In this document: piece by piece, positions 8,367-16,953 of the stretch
Position numbering within the stretch: the stretch's first letter is position 1
Layout of the letters: each line of letters begins with the position of its first letter
From: Deltaproteobacteria bacterium
GTDB taxonomy: Bacteria > SAR324 > NAC60-12
DNA length: 18,164 nucleotides
Assembly (NCBI GenBank): GCA_038150265.1
Contig: JAYOTF010000047.1
Location: 1-18,164 of the forward strand
Reading direction: 5' to 3'
Notes under the pieces: generated by a model
Told to the model about the DNA's origin: nothing
The model's input: the letters and a program-made list of their open reading frames with translations, nothing else
Databases searched by the model: none
Position numbers and translations under genes: made by a program

Positions 8367-8392
8367 GCTGGTCGTAAATCTACGCAACCAGC
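8367..8392 (-). terminator. Hairpin, possible terminator or attenuator after the rodA-gltX-moxR run
   Basis: Minus strand GCTGGT-TG-CGTA-GATT-TACG-ACCAGC, followed after 9 nt by TATATTTATTTATT; not a canonical U-tract. Confidence 0.35.
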
Positions 8393-8415
8393 GCGCTGAC
8401 GCGAGGAACCGCCCG

Positions 8416-9861
8416 TTAGCGCCGTTCGCTCCGGAGGATGAAGCGCTGGAGCGGCGGGGGCAGCATGAGGTCGAAGCGGAGGCTGATGGAGGTGAGGAAC
8501 CAGCCAAACAGCTGCTTGAGGGAAGCGAGGTACTCGTCTTCGAGGGCGTAGTAGAGGTGCCGTCCAATGTAAATGGCCGGACCCTTGCGGGAGAGGGTCT
8601 TTCCCTGAATGAGGAACCGCAGGAAGGGGGCTTCCACCAGGCTCTGGGTTTCGGTGTCAAAGGCGCCCACGCCAATTTGGCAGGCGACCATCCATCCGGC
8701 CGGCAGCTCGGTCTCGGCATCCAGCCGCAGCACTTTCGGAAGCCGGAAGCCCAGCATGCGGCTGTACTCGCGCTGCAGGCGTCCGCCTCGCTCAAAGGGG
8801 TGAGCGCTCCAGCGTTCGGAGTCACGGAACTGCCGGTCGGCCTCACTCAGCCAGTACTGCACCACACTGAGGAGCGCCGCCTCAAACGAGGCTTCATACC
8901 CAAGCAGCCCTCGGGTGCCATCAAGCGCCGTCTCCACGTAGTCTTCAATCCGGGCCTGAAAGTGAGGCGCCGAGCAGTCATCAACCGGGTTGAGGGTCCG
9001 GATCACCTGCTTGAGCGGGGACGCGTTGCGGCCACAGTACTCCCGGAAGGCCTGCTCCAGGTTGGCCGAAGGGGGCTCGGGCCCTTCGAGCTTTTCCAGA
9101 GGGGGCTCTTCGGTGTCATCAATGTCCGATTGCGACAGACGGAGGACGCCTTCCTTGACCAGGCGCTCCACCGTCCGGAAGTCGAGCTTGCGGAGGAGGG
9201 CTTCCCACCGGGTCACTGGGCGGCCCAGCAGCTGCCCCAGGCGCATCAGCATCCACGCGGAGCCCTCCGGGTTCTGGGCCAGGTCCTCCAGCTTCTTGAG
9301 GAAGAAGCGGTTCTTGGCGGTGAGGTAGATGTGGTAATGCGGAGAAAACAGCCCCTGCAGCCGCTCCGCCAGGAAGTCCCGGCGTCGGTCCTCCGGAAAG
9401 CTGGGGATGGAGGCAAAGTGCTGCTCAAGCTTCTGTCGGTTCCGGAGGGCGCCGTCTGGCGCCTCCAGCAGGGCCTGCAGGCTTTTTTCGAGGGTGGACC
9501 GGTAGGCGTTCAGGGCATCGGCCTCGCGTTGCGTCCGGGCAAAGTCGAAGAGCCGGTGCAGGACGGCCAGGGACTGGATGCTCTTCTGGACACTGGACCG
9601 GAGCGCCGCCTCGCCTTGCTCCGGGTCGTAGTTGGCAATGAGGCGCCGGACGGTGTCCGGGGTGTAGAACTGAATGGCGTGGACAAAGGCCCGGTGCGGA
9701 TCGCTCCCCGGGTAGGGCATCTCCTGGGGAAACTCGTCCTGAAAGCGCGTCCAGGCGCCATCGAAGGCCTCGAGGAACGAGGCCATGAGGAGTCCGGAGT
9801 CCTGCCCCAGGGTGTTCCGGAGACGGGTGATGCGTTGGTTCCAGGAGGCCACGCCACTCAT
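8416..9861 (-). CDS. Hypothetical protein, 481 aa, apparently soluble and mostly helical
   Basis: Long ORF with host-like codon usage, starting 6 bp after the moxR stop, with AGGAG upstream. I recognise no domain. Confidence 0.85.
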   Translation of the reverse strand: MSGVASWNQRITRLRNTLGQDSGLLMASFLEAFDGAWTRFQDEFPQEMPYPGSDPHRAFVHAIQFYTPDTVRRLIANYDPEQGEAALRSSVQKSIQSLAVLHRLFDFARTQREADALNAYRSTLEKSLQALLEAPDGALRNRQKLEQHFASIPSFPEDRRRDFLAERLQGLFSPHYHIYLTAKNRFFLKKLEDLAQNPEGSAWMLMRLGQLLGRPVTRWEALLRKLDFRTVERLVKEGVLRLSQSDIDDTEEPPLEKLEGPEPPSANLEQAFREYCGRNASPLKQVIRTLNPVDDCSAPHFQARIEDYVETALDGTRGLLGYEASFEAALLSVVQYWLSEADRQFRDSERWSAHPFERGGRLQREYSRMLGFRLPKVLRLDAETELPAGWMVACQIGVGAFDTETQSLVEAPFLRFLIQGKTLSRKGPAIYIGRHLYYALEDEYLASLKQLFGWFLTSISLRFDLMLPPPLQRFILRSERR

Positions 9862-9867
9862 GGTGCA

Positions 9868-10878
9868 TCACTCCTTGGGGTCGGAGAAGGTGGCCAGCAG
9901 GTGCGCGATCAGCTTGTCGGTGGTCCACTGCTCGGCCTCTCCGGCAAAGTTCAGCAGCACCCGGTGCCGGAGGATGGCCGGCACCACGGCCTTGATGTCT
10001 TGCAGGCGGACGGCATGGGCGCCGTTCAGCAGGGCGTGGGCTCGTGCGGCACGGATCAGGTTCTGAGAGGCCCGGACCCCGGCTCCCCACTCCACGTACT
10101 CCTGCACCTCCGGAAGCTGCGACTTCTCGGGGCGGGTTTCCCGGACCAGGCGGACGGTCCACTGGACGAGGTAGTCCGGAATCGGAATGGACGCGGCGAG
10201 CCGTTGGCACTCCAGCAGCAGGTCGGGTTCAAACAGCGGCTCAAGGTGATGCGCCTCCGGAGCCTCGGAGGCGGCAGCAATCGAGACCTCGTCTTCCAGC
10301 GTGGGGTAGCCCACGGAGATGTTGAAGAGGAACCGGTCCAGCTGGGCTTCCGGAAGCGGGTAGGTGCCTTCGGAATCAATCGGATTCTGTGTGGCAAAGA
10401 CCAGAAACGGCGGGCTCAGGGTGTAGGTGCTTCCGGCAGCAGTGACCTGACGCTCCTGCATCGCCTGCAGCAGGGCCGCCTGGGTCCGGGGCGAGGTCCG
10501 GTTGATCTCGTCTGCGAGCAGGAGGTTCGTGAAGACGGGGCCCTGCACAAAGCGAAACTGCCGCCCTCCTTCCGGCGTCTCCTCAAGCAGCTCGATGCCG
10601 CTGATGTCTGAGGGCATCAGGTCGGGTGTGCACTGGATGCGGTTGAAGTCCAGATGAAACAGCTGGGCGAGGCTCCGGACCAGCAGGGTCTTGGCCAGCC
10701 CCGGCACCCCGGTGAGGAGGACGTGTCCGTTGCTGAAGAGAGCGGTGACCAGGAGGTCAAGGACCTCGTCTTGCCCCACAATGACCTGGGACATGGCCTG
10801 CTTGAACTGCTGGGGAAACTGCTGAATGCGCTCATAGACCTCCGGGAGGGAGGCATGAGTTTCCGGCGTTAACGACAT
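9868..10878 (-). CDS. MoxR-family AAA+ ATPase (MoxR-proper type)
   Basis: VIVGQ, Walker [22 protein letters not shown], Walker [26 protein letters not shown]. Start ATG10878 with GGAG RBS; the longer track ORF overlaps gltX. Confidence 0.95.
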   Translation of the reverse strand: MSLTPETHASLPEVYERIQQFPQQFKQAMSQVIVGQDEVLDLLVTALFSNGHVLLTGVPGLAKTLLVRSLAQLFHLDFNRIQCTPDLMPSDISGIELLEETPEGGRQFRFVQGPVFTNLLLADEINRTSPRTQAALLQAMQERQVTAAGSTYTLSPPFLVFATQNPIDSEGTYPLPEAQLDRFLFNISVGYPTLEDEVSIAAASEAPEAHHLEPLFEPDLLLECQRLAASIPIPDYLVQWTVRLVRETRPEKSQLPEVQEYVEWGAGVRASQNLIRAARAHALLNGAHAVRLQDIKAVVPAILRHRVLLNFAGEAEQWTTDKLIAHLLATFSDPKE

Positions 10879-10915
10879 GGTCCAAACACTCCAGGGAAAG
10901 TAGGTGGCAGAAGGA

Positions 10916-12349
10916 TCAGTGCTGAGCCTGCTGAAGCAGACGGAGGCACTTGTCCTTTCCGAATAAGTCGACCAGCAGGTGCAGGTCGGGTCCTTGGACT
11001 TCCTGTGTAATGGCCGCCCGGAGGGGCATCCAGAGGTCCTTGCCCTTGATGCCGGTTTGCTTCTGAACCTGCTTGGCGAGTTGCCCCAGGCGGGCCCCAT
11101 CCAGCGCAGGCTCCGGCTCCAGCAACGCGATGAAGGCGCTCAGGACCTGCTGGGCGGTTTCGGGAGCCAGCACCGCCTGCACATCGGGATCGGTGCTGGG
11201 GGGACGCTCATCAAAGAAGGGCACCAGCTGCGCTTCCAGGTCCTGCAGCGTCACCAGCCGGTTCTGAACCGAGGCCACCACGCGCTGCAGCTGCTCCTCC
11301 GGACGGTCGGCAAAGCGGGTCTGCTGCAGAAACGGACGGGCGCGGGCAAAGAGGTCGTCCGGCTCCAGCTGCTGGAGGTACTGCTGGTTCATCCAGTTGA
11401 GCTTGTCACGGTCAAAGACGGCTCCGGACTTGTTGACCCGGCTCCAGTCGAAGCGCTCAATCAGCTCCGGAAGGGGGAACAGCTCCTGATCGTCATCGGG
11501 GCTCCAGCCAAGGAGGGCCACAAAGTTGACCAGGGCCTCCGGAAGGTACCCGGCGGCCTCGAAGTCCTCAACGGCAACCGCGCCCTGGCGCTTGCTGAGC
11601 TTGGTCCGGTCGGCATTGAGGATGAGCGGCAGGTGCGCAAACTGAGGAGGCGTCCAGCCGAGGTAGCGGTAGAGGAGCAGGTGCTTGGGGAACGACGGGA
11701 GCCACTCCTCGCCTCGGACGACGTGGGTGATGCCCATGGCATGATCGTCGACCACGACCGCCAGGTGGTAGGTGGGGAAGCCATCGCCCTTGATGAGGAC
11801 CTGGTCCTCGGTCTGGGTGGTCTCAATGGCCACCTTGCCCCGGATGAGGTCATCCAGCACGAGCGTCTCCGGAATGTCAGGGACCTTCATGCGGATGACG
11901 TGCGGGGTGCCGGCGTCCAGCTGCTGCTGCACGTCTGCCGGGTCCAGGTGCCGGCAGTGCTGATCGTACCGGGGGGTCTCGCCCCTTTCGCGCTGGGCCG
12001 TCTTGACCTGTTCCAGCCGCTCGGGGGAGCAGAAGCAGGGGTAGGCGTCGCCTTGCGCAACCAGCTGCTGGGCGGTGGCGTGGTAGCGCTCCAGGCGTTC
12101 CGACTGCCGGTAGGGGCCGTGGTCGCCTCCCACGCCAGGGCCTTCATCGAGGTCCAGCCCTGCCCACTCCAGCATCCGGATCAGCCCGGTTTCGGCTTCC
12201 TCAACCAGCCGGTTCCGGTCGGTGTCTTCAAGCCGGAAGATGAAGGCGCCCTGGTGGTGACGGGCGTAGAGCCAACTGAAGAGGGCGGTCCGGAGGCCTC
12301 CGATGTGGAGGTGCCCGGTGGGGCTGGGAGCAAAACGCAGGCGAATCAT
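10916..12349 (-). CDS. gltX: Glutamate--tRNA ligase
   Basis: RFAPSPTGHLHIGG (HIGH), RLEDTD, CFC...YDQHC zinc site, KLSKR (KMSKS) and a full anticodon-binding domain; start at MIRLRF (ATG12349). Confidence 0.97.
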   Translation of the reverse strand: MIRLRFAPSPTGHLHIGGLRTALFSWLYARHHQGAFIFRLEDTDRNRLVEEAETGLIRMLEWAGLDLDEGPGVGGDHGPYRQSERLERYHATAQQLVAQGDAYPCFCSPERLEQVKTAQRERGETPRYDQHCRHLDPADVQQQLDAGTPHVIRMKVPDIPETLVLDDLIRGKVAIETTQTEDQVLIKGDGFPTYHLAVVVDDHAMGITHVVRGEEWLPSFPKHLLLYRYLGWTPPQFAHLPLILNADRTKLSKRQGAVAVEDFEAAGYLPEALVNFVALLGWSPDDDQELFPLPELIERFDWSRVNKSGAVFDRDKLNWMNQQYLQQLEPDDLFARARPFLQQTRFADRPEEQLQRVVASVQNRLVTLQDLEAQLVPFFDERPPSTDPDVQAVLAPETAQQVLSAFIALLEPEPALDGARLGQLAKQVQKQTGIKGKDLWMPLRAAITQEVQGPDLHLLVDLFGKDKCLRLLQQAQH

Positions 12350-12383
12350 GAACGTCCGTGACAGGTGATGAAGCAGCAGGCGG

Positions 12384-13493
12384 CTAGGCGGTGACCTCGA
12401 AGCGCCGCATGCGGATGTTGAGAAGCAGGCCAATGCCAAACATCATGGAGAGCATGGACGACCCGCCATAGCTGAAGAAGGGCAACGGCACGCCCACCAC
12501 GGGCATCAGCCCAAGGGTCATGCCGATGTTGATGAGCACATGCGAGGTGATGATGGCCACCACGCCCACCGTCTGGATGGCGCCCAGGCGGTCTCGGCTC
12601 TGCAGCACCCCAGAGAGGGCCCAGAGGGTGAGGAGCATGAAGAGCAGGAGCACCACAATGGACCCGGCAAAGCCCCACTCTTCCGAGAAGACGGAGAAGA
12701 TGAAGTCGGTGTGGTGAGCCGGAAGGAAGTTCAGCTGCCCCTGGGTGCCTCCGCCCACGCCCTTTCCCCAGAACTGTCCGCTGCCCACTGCAATCTTGGA
12801 CTGGATGATGTGATACCCGGCGCCGAGGGGGTCCCGTTCCGGATTGAGGAAGGTGAGGACCCGATCCTTCTGATAGGGTTTGAGAACATAGTTCCATGCC
12901 AGGGGCAGGATCGCAAGGGCGCTGGCTCCCATGATCAGCAACGTCCGGACCCGGATGCCCATGAGGAAGATGATGGGGAACGAGATGATGATCAGGAGCA
13001 GCGCGGTGCCGAGGTCGGGCTGGCGGATGATGAGGAGGAAGGGGATCCCGATCAGCAGCGAGGGCGCCACCCAGTGCAGCCAGCCACGCCCACGGACCAG
13101 GCCGTTTTCCCGGAAGTGGTAGGACAGGGCGAGGACGAGGGTGAACTTGCTGAACTCCGAGGGCTGCACAAAGACGGGCCCAACCTTCAGCCAGCGTTCC
13201 ACGGGAGAGCCTGGCCCGCCGGTTCCGTAAAGGAGGACCAGGACCAGGAGGCCGATGACTCCAAGGTGCATGAAGATCCCGAGCTTCGCCCAGGTCCGGT
13301 AGTGCAGGAAGAGGGTGAGGAAGATGACGCCCAGGCCAATGAGCATCCAGTAGCTCTGGCGGACCAGGTAGCCGGTTTTTTCGGAGTTGCCTCCGGTGGC
13401 CGAGTACATGGCGAGGAGCCCCATTCCGCAGATGGCAAGCACCAGGAGGGTGAGGATCCAGTCAAAATTTTCGAGAATGCGTCGGTCAAACAC
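12384..13493 (-). CDS. rodA: Rod shape-determining protein RodA (SEDS peptidoglycan glycosyltransferase)
   Basis: RWL, QPSEFSK, QPDLGT, YQKDR...DPLGAGYHIIQSKIAVGSG, HTDFIFS..EEWGF and PLPFFSYGGSS; GTG start. Confidence 0.95.
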   Translation of the reverse strand: MFDRRILENFDWILTLLVLAICGMGLLAMYSATGGNSEKTGYLVRQSYWMLIGLGVIFLTLFLHYRTWAKLGIFMHLGVIGLLVLVLLYGTGGPGSPVERWLKVGPVFVQPSEFSKFTLVLALSYHFRENGLVRGRGWLHWVAPSLLIGIPFLLIIRQPDLGTALLLIIISFPIIFLMGIRVRTLLIMGASALAILPLAWNYVLKPYQKDRVLTFLNPERDPLGAGYHIIQSKIAVGSGQFWGKGVGGGTQGQLNFLPAHHTDFIFSVFSEEWGFAGSIVVLLLFMLLTLWALSGVLQSRDRLGAIQTVGVVAIITSHVLINIGMTLGLMPVVGVPLPFFSYGGSSMLSMMFGIGLLLNIRMRRFEVTA

Positions 13494-13517
13494 GGAGGGT
13501 TGAGGCTGAAGAAACCG

Positions 13518-13838
13518 TTACTCAGTTGGGGTAATGCCCCGTAGCGAACAGACCACCGTCAGGGTCCGGGGCGTGTAGATCCCCAGGGTGGCCACGGAAA
13601 CAAGGGCCTGGCTCCAGGTCGCCTCCACGGTCATTTCGTAAATCCGTCCCTGAGGGCAACGGTTGTAGACCTCAAACTGGGGCTCGCCTTCGGTGCCCCA
13701 GTACCAGTAGTCCAGGTTTTCCACAATGCGCTCCTCCGAGGGCAGCTCGGCAGGGTACCGGAGGTGGAGTTGGCAGCCTCCGAGGGCTCCGAGGGTGATG
13801 ACCAGTGCCAGATAGATTCCAATTTGCCTCAGCCTCAT
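13518..13838 (-). CDS. Bor/Iss-like lipoprotein
   Basis: Signal peptide with lipobox LGGC, internal C-P-x-G and the C-terminal TLGIYTPR-x5-C motif typical of Bor; AAGGGA upstream of ATG13838. An alternative in-frame ATG is at 13892. Confidence 0.78.
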   Translation of the reverse strand: MRLRQIGIYLALVITLGALGGCQLHLRYPAELPSEERIVENLDYWYWGTEGEPQFEVYNRCPQGRIYEMTVEATWSQALVSVATLGIYTPRTLTVVCSLRGITPTE

Positions 13839-13888
13839 TCGGGGTCCCTTCTTGCGTTCATGCTGGAAAATGCGTTTAATGAGAGGCC

Positions 13889-14362
13889 TCATTCGGGGGC
13901 TGGCATCCAAAACTGCCAGTCCTGCAGGTGCTCTCCACGATACAAAAATCGGGCAGTGAAGCAACCCGGTTCAAAAATTTTTGGCGTAAAGAGCCGGTCC
14001 CCTTCCCACATGGGCCGATCCGTGAGTTCGGCCGTGGGAACCCACTCAAGCGTCCCCTCTGGACTGGAGGCCAGCTGTTCTCCGGAAAAGCGGGTGGCAT
14101 GAAAGACGAACACCTGCCACTCGTCTCCGAACGGCGAGTCTCCGAAATCGGGGAAACTCAGAACCGCCTTGAGCCGGGGGTTCAGAATCTGCAAGCCTGT
14201 CTCTTCGTGGAACTCCCGGACGGCAGCTTCATGGGGGGCCTCATTGGGCTCCAGTTTGCCGCCGGGCGCGAGGTAGAGGCCCTGGTGCTCATCGGCCTTT
14301 TCCCGGTGCAGCATCAGCACCTTCCCCTGGTGTTCGAGATAGAGCAACGTCCCTAATTTCAC
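13889..14362 (-). CDS. Nudix hydrolase, MutT/MutX-like 8-oxo-dGTP diphosphatase
   Basis: Nudix box GGKLEPNEAPHEAAVREFHEETGL, plus LMLHR.K and EGTLEWVP...MWEGDR as in MutX-type proteins. Confidence 0.92.
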   Translation of the reverse strand: MKLGTLLYLEHQGKVLMLHREKADEHQGLYLAPGGKLEPNEAPHEAAVREFHEETGLQILNPRLKAVLSFPDFGDSPFGDEWQVFVFHATRFSGEQLASSPEGTLEWVPTAELTDRPMWEGDRLFTPKIFEPGCFTARFLYRGEHLQDWQFWMPAPE

Positions 14363-14380
14363 CGTCTACCAACTGTTACT

Positions 14381-15388
14381 GTGAATCCCAAGTTTTCCAA
14401 TCAAGAAGTCAGCACCCTGCTGGAGCGCGTGGTCCAGAAGGCCCGTGAGGAGCAGGCCTCCGGACCCGCGGCCATTCAGCCCTATGAGCTGGGCAGCCAG
14501 AACCGCATCATCCGGGGCCGCATGCCTGGGCTGGAGGCGGTGCATGACCGCTTTGCCAAAACCTTCTCCCACACCCTGGGGCAGCACCTGCGCCGCTCCG
14601 TCACCATCACCCGTCGGGCGATTGAGCTGGTCAGCATGAAGGACCTGGCCGAGGGCACACCGGCTCCTTCTGCGCTCACCGTGTTTGGACTCTCTCCGTT
14701 GCGGGGGCAGGCGTTGCTGACCTTTGAGCAGCGGTTGGTGCATGCGCTGATCGACCTGATGTTCGGAGGCAGTGGGCAGTATGAAGTGAGCCCCGTCAAG
14801 CGGTCCTTCACGGGCATTGAGATGCGCATGGTGGCCAAGATTGCCCGCTCAGCGCTGACGGACCTCGGGGTGGCCTGGAAGCCCTTTGTGCAGCTCAAGC
14901 CTCACTTTGAGCGCATTGAGACGAGCCCGAAGCTGGCCAACATCTCCACTCCGGAGGAGATCATTGTGGTGACCACCTTTGATGTGGAGATCCACCGCAA
15001 CCCGATGACGCTCCGGGTGGGCATTCCCTACCTGATGCTGGACCCGATCCGGGCGCGTCTGGATGCGGCCCTGCAGCAAAACGATGAAGAGGTCAACCAC
15101 GTCAATGCCGCCCGCTTGGCCGAAAACCTGCGGCACACCCGGCTCAACGTGAGTGTGGCGCTGGGCACCACCCGCATCACCCTGCGGCACTTCCTCAAGC
15201 TCAAGAAGGGGGACGTGCTGCGGCTGGAGCAGGATGCGGAAGCCCCCCTGGCGGCCTCGCTCAACGGCATCACCAAGTTCCGGGGCACTCAGGGGGCCTA
15301 CAAGGGCAAGGTGGCGCTGCGCGTGGAAGAAGTCCTGGAGCCCCGCCCCCGCTTCCGGGATGTGCTGGATGACGGCTCGGCGTCCTAG
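14381..15388 (+). CDS. fliM: Flagellar motor switch protein FliM (divergent, orphan)
   Basis: RIIRGRMP.LE.VHDRFA, PLRGQAL, IDLMFGGSG (FliG-binding GGxG), RSFTGIE, IPYLMLDPIR and a C-terminal SpoA domain (LKKGDVLRL); GTG start. Confidence 0.9.
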   Translation: MNPKFSNQEVSTLLERVVQKAREEQASGPAAIQPYELGSQNRIIRGRMPGLEAVHDRFAKTFSHTLGQHLRRSVTITRRAIELVSMKDLAEGTPAPSALTVFGLSPLRGQALLTFEQRLVHALIDLMFGGSGQYEVSPVKRSFTGIEMRMVAKIARSALTDLGVAWKPFVQLKPHFERIETSPKLANISTPEEIIVVTTFDVEIHRNPMTLRVGIPYLMLDPIRARLDAALQQNDEEVNHVNAARLAENLRHTRLNVSVALGTTRITLRHFLKLKKGDVLRLEQDAEAPLAASLNGITKFRGTQGAYKGKVALRVEEVLEPRPRFRDVLDDGSAS

Positions 15389-15681
15389 GGCTCGTCGCGG
15401 GCAGCGGCAGCGTTGACGCGCTCCCGGAGTTCCTTGCCGGGCCGGAAGACCGGCAGCTTCTTGGGCCGCACCTGCACCTTCTCCCCCGTCCGGGGGTTCC
15501 GCCCCTCGTAGCTCCCGTAGTGCTTGAGGCTGAAGGAACCAAATCCGCGGATCTCCACCTTGTCCCCCACATCAAGCGCCTGCTTGATCTGAGTGAAGAA
15601 GATGCGGACGACCTTGTCCGTCAGCTGTATGTTGTAGCCGCTCTCTTCCGCAAGCAATTCAATCAACTGCGATTTATTCAT
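15385..15681 (-). CDS. ihfB: Integration host factor subunit beta (HU/IHF family)
   Basis: MNKSQLI...VEIRGFGSF...GRNPRTGE...FRPGKELRERVN; start ATG15681 with AAAGG upstream. Assignment to the beta subunit rests on motif resemblance. Confidence 0.85.
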   Translation of the reverse strand: MNKSQLIELLAEESGYNIQLTDKVVRIFFTQIKQALDVGDKVEIRGFGSFSLKHYGSYEGRNPRTGEKVQVRPKKLPVFRPGKELRERVNAAAARDEP

Positions 15682-15817
15682 TACCGAACCTTTCCTAAAG
15701 CGAAGCCTCCGGGGGGCATTGATCATCCAAGCGATTCACCATAGGGGATTCTTCCTTTCAGCACAAGCCCGGAGCGTCTCTGGACAGGGCCTCTTTGAGG
15801 AAAGCGAAAACTTAGGC

Positions 15818-15846
15818 TTGTCCCTGCCTGACAATTTCGCGATATT
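15818..15846 (+). promoter_or_regulatory. Candidate sigma70 promoter of fbaA
   Basis: TTGTCC (15818-15823), 17-bp spacer, GATATT (15841-15846), 44 bp before the ATG. Confidence 0.45.
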
Positions 15847-15890
15847 AGGGGTTTACGTCTCAATCACCTCACACCAGAACGGAAACGGCC

Positions 15891-16913
15891 ATGCCTGTTG
15901 CTGATTACTCGACCTATTGCAAGATGCTGGACCACGCGAAGGAAAAGAAATTCGCGTATCCGGCCATCAATGTTTCGTCACTTGCCACCGCCAATGCGGC
16001 CCTGCAGGCCTTTGCTGAAGCCAAGAGCGATGGCATCATTCAGGTGTCCACCGGCGGCGGTGAGTTTGCCTCCGGACAGGCGGTGAAGAACTCGGCCCTG
16101 GGCGCCATCTCCCTGGCCCAGCATGTTCACCTGATGGCCGAGCACTACAACGTCTTCATTGCGTTGCACACGGACCACTGCCAGCCCAAGAAGGTGGACT
16201 CCTTCATGCGTCCCCTCATTGCCGAGACGCAGAAGCGCCGCGCACAGGGGCTGCCGAACCTCTTCAACTCACACATGTTTGATGGCTCCGAACTGCCCCT
16301 GGCCGAGAACATGAAGATTGCCCGGGAGCTGATGGAAGTCTGTGCCCCGAACGAAATCATTCTGGAGGTGGAAGCCGGAGTGGTGGGAGGAGAAGAGGAC
16401 GGTGTGGACCACGGGGACCTGCCCAATGAGAAGCTCTACACCACGCCAGAGGACATGCTGGAGGTGTATGAGCAGCTCAACCAGCTGGGGCGGTTCATGT
16501 TTGCGGCCACCTTTGGAAACGTCCACGGCGTCTACAAGCCCGGGAACGTGAAGCTCAAGCCCACCATCCTCCGAGATGGTCAGGAGGCGGTGATCGGCAA
16601 GCACGGTGCTGCGGCGTCGCTGGATCTGGTCTTCCACGGCGGGTCCGGATCAACCCTGGAGGAGATCCATGAGACGCTGGAGTATGGGGTGATCAAGATG
16701 AACATTGACACCGACACCCAGTACGCCTTTACCCGGCCGATTGTCGACCACATGCTCCGCAAGTACGATGAGGTGCTGAAGGTGGAGAGTGAGGTGGGCA
16801 ACAAGAAGGCCTATGACCCCCGGGCGTACCTGAAGCTCGCCGAGACCGGCATGAAGCAGCGCATCATGGACGCCTGCACCGACCTCCGTTCCACGGGAAC
16901 GTCCCTCTACTGA
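15891..16913 (+). CDS. fbaA: Class II fructose-bisphosphate aldolase
   Basis: AYPAINV, LHTDHC, SHMFDGS, GGEEDG, FGNVHGVYKPG, VFHGGSG, KMNIDTD and KKAYDPR. Confidence 0.97.
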   Translation: MPVADYSTYCKMLDHAKEKKFAYPAINVSSLATANAALQAFAEAKSDGIIQVSTGGGEFASGQAVKNSALGAISLAQHVHLMAEHYNVFIALHTDHCQPKKVDSFMRPLIAETQKRRAQGLPNLFNSHMFDGSELPLAENMKIARELMEVCAPNEIILEVEAGVVGGEEDGVDHGDLPNEKLYTTPEDMLEVYEQLNQLGRFMFAATFGNVHGVYKPGNVKLKPTILRDGQEAVIGKHGAAASLDLVFHGGSGSTLEEIHETLEYGVIKMNIDTDTQYAFTRPIVDHMLRKYDEVLKVESEVGNKKAYDPRAYLKLAETGMKQRIMDACTDLRSTGTSLY

Positions 16914-16921
16914 CTCCGGAC

Positions 16922-16938
16922 GCGAGGCCAGGCCTCGC
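16922..16938. terminator. GC-rich hairpin between convergent fbaA and yhhQ
   Basis: GCGAGGC-CAG-GCCTCGC perfect 7-bp stem; a second palindrome AGGTCACC-CGGC-GGTGACCT lies at 16951-16970. No clear U-tract. Confidence 0.4.
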
Positions 16939-16953
16939 TCCTGCTCCTTCAGG

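Noticed and set aside
8557..10611. 684-aa plus-strand ORF, and similar long ORFs at 4812-6509, 10979-12361, 12540-13544, 2563-3558 and 1683-2498
   Set aside because: Antisense shadows of well-supported genes in GC-rich DNA, with no recognisable motifs.
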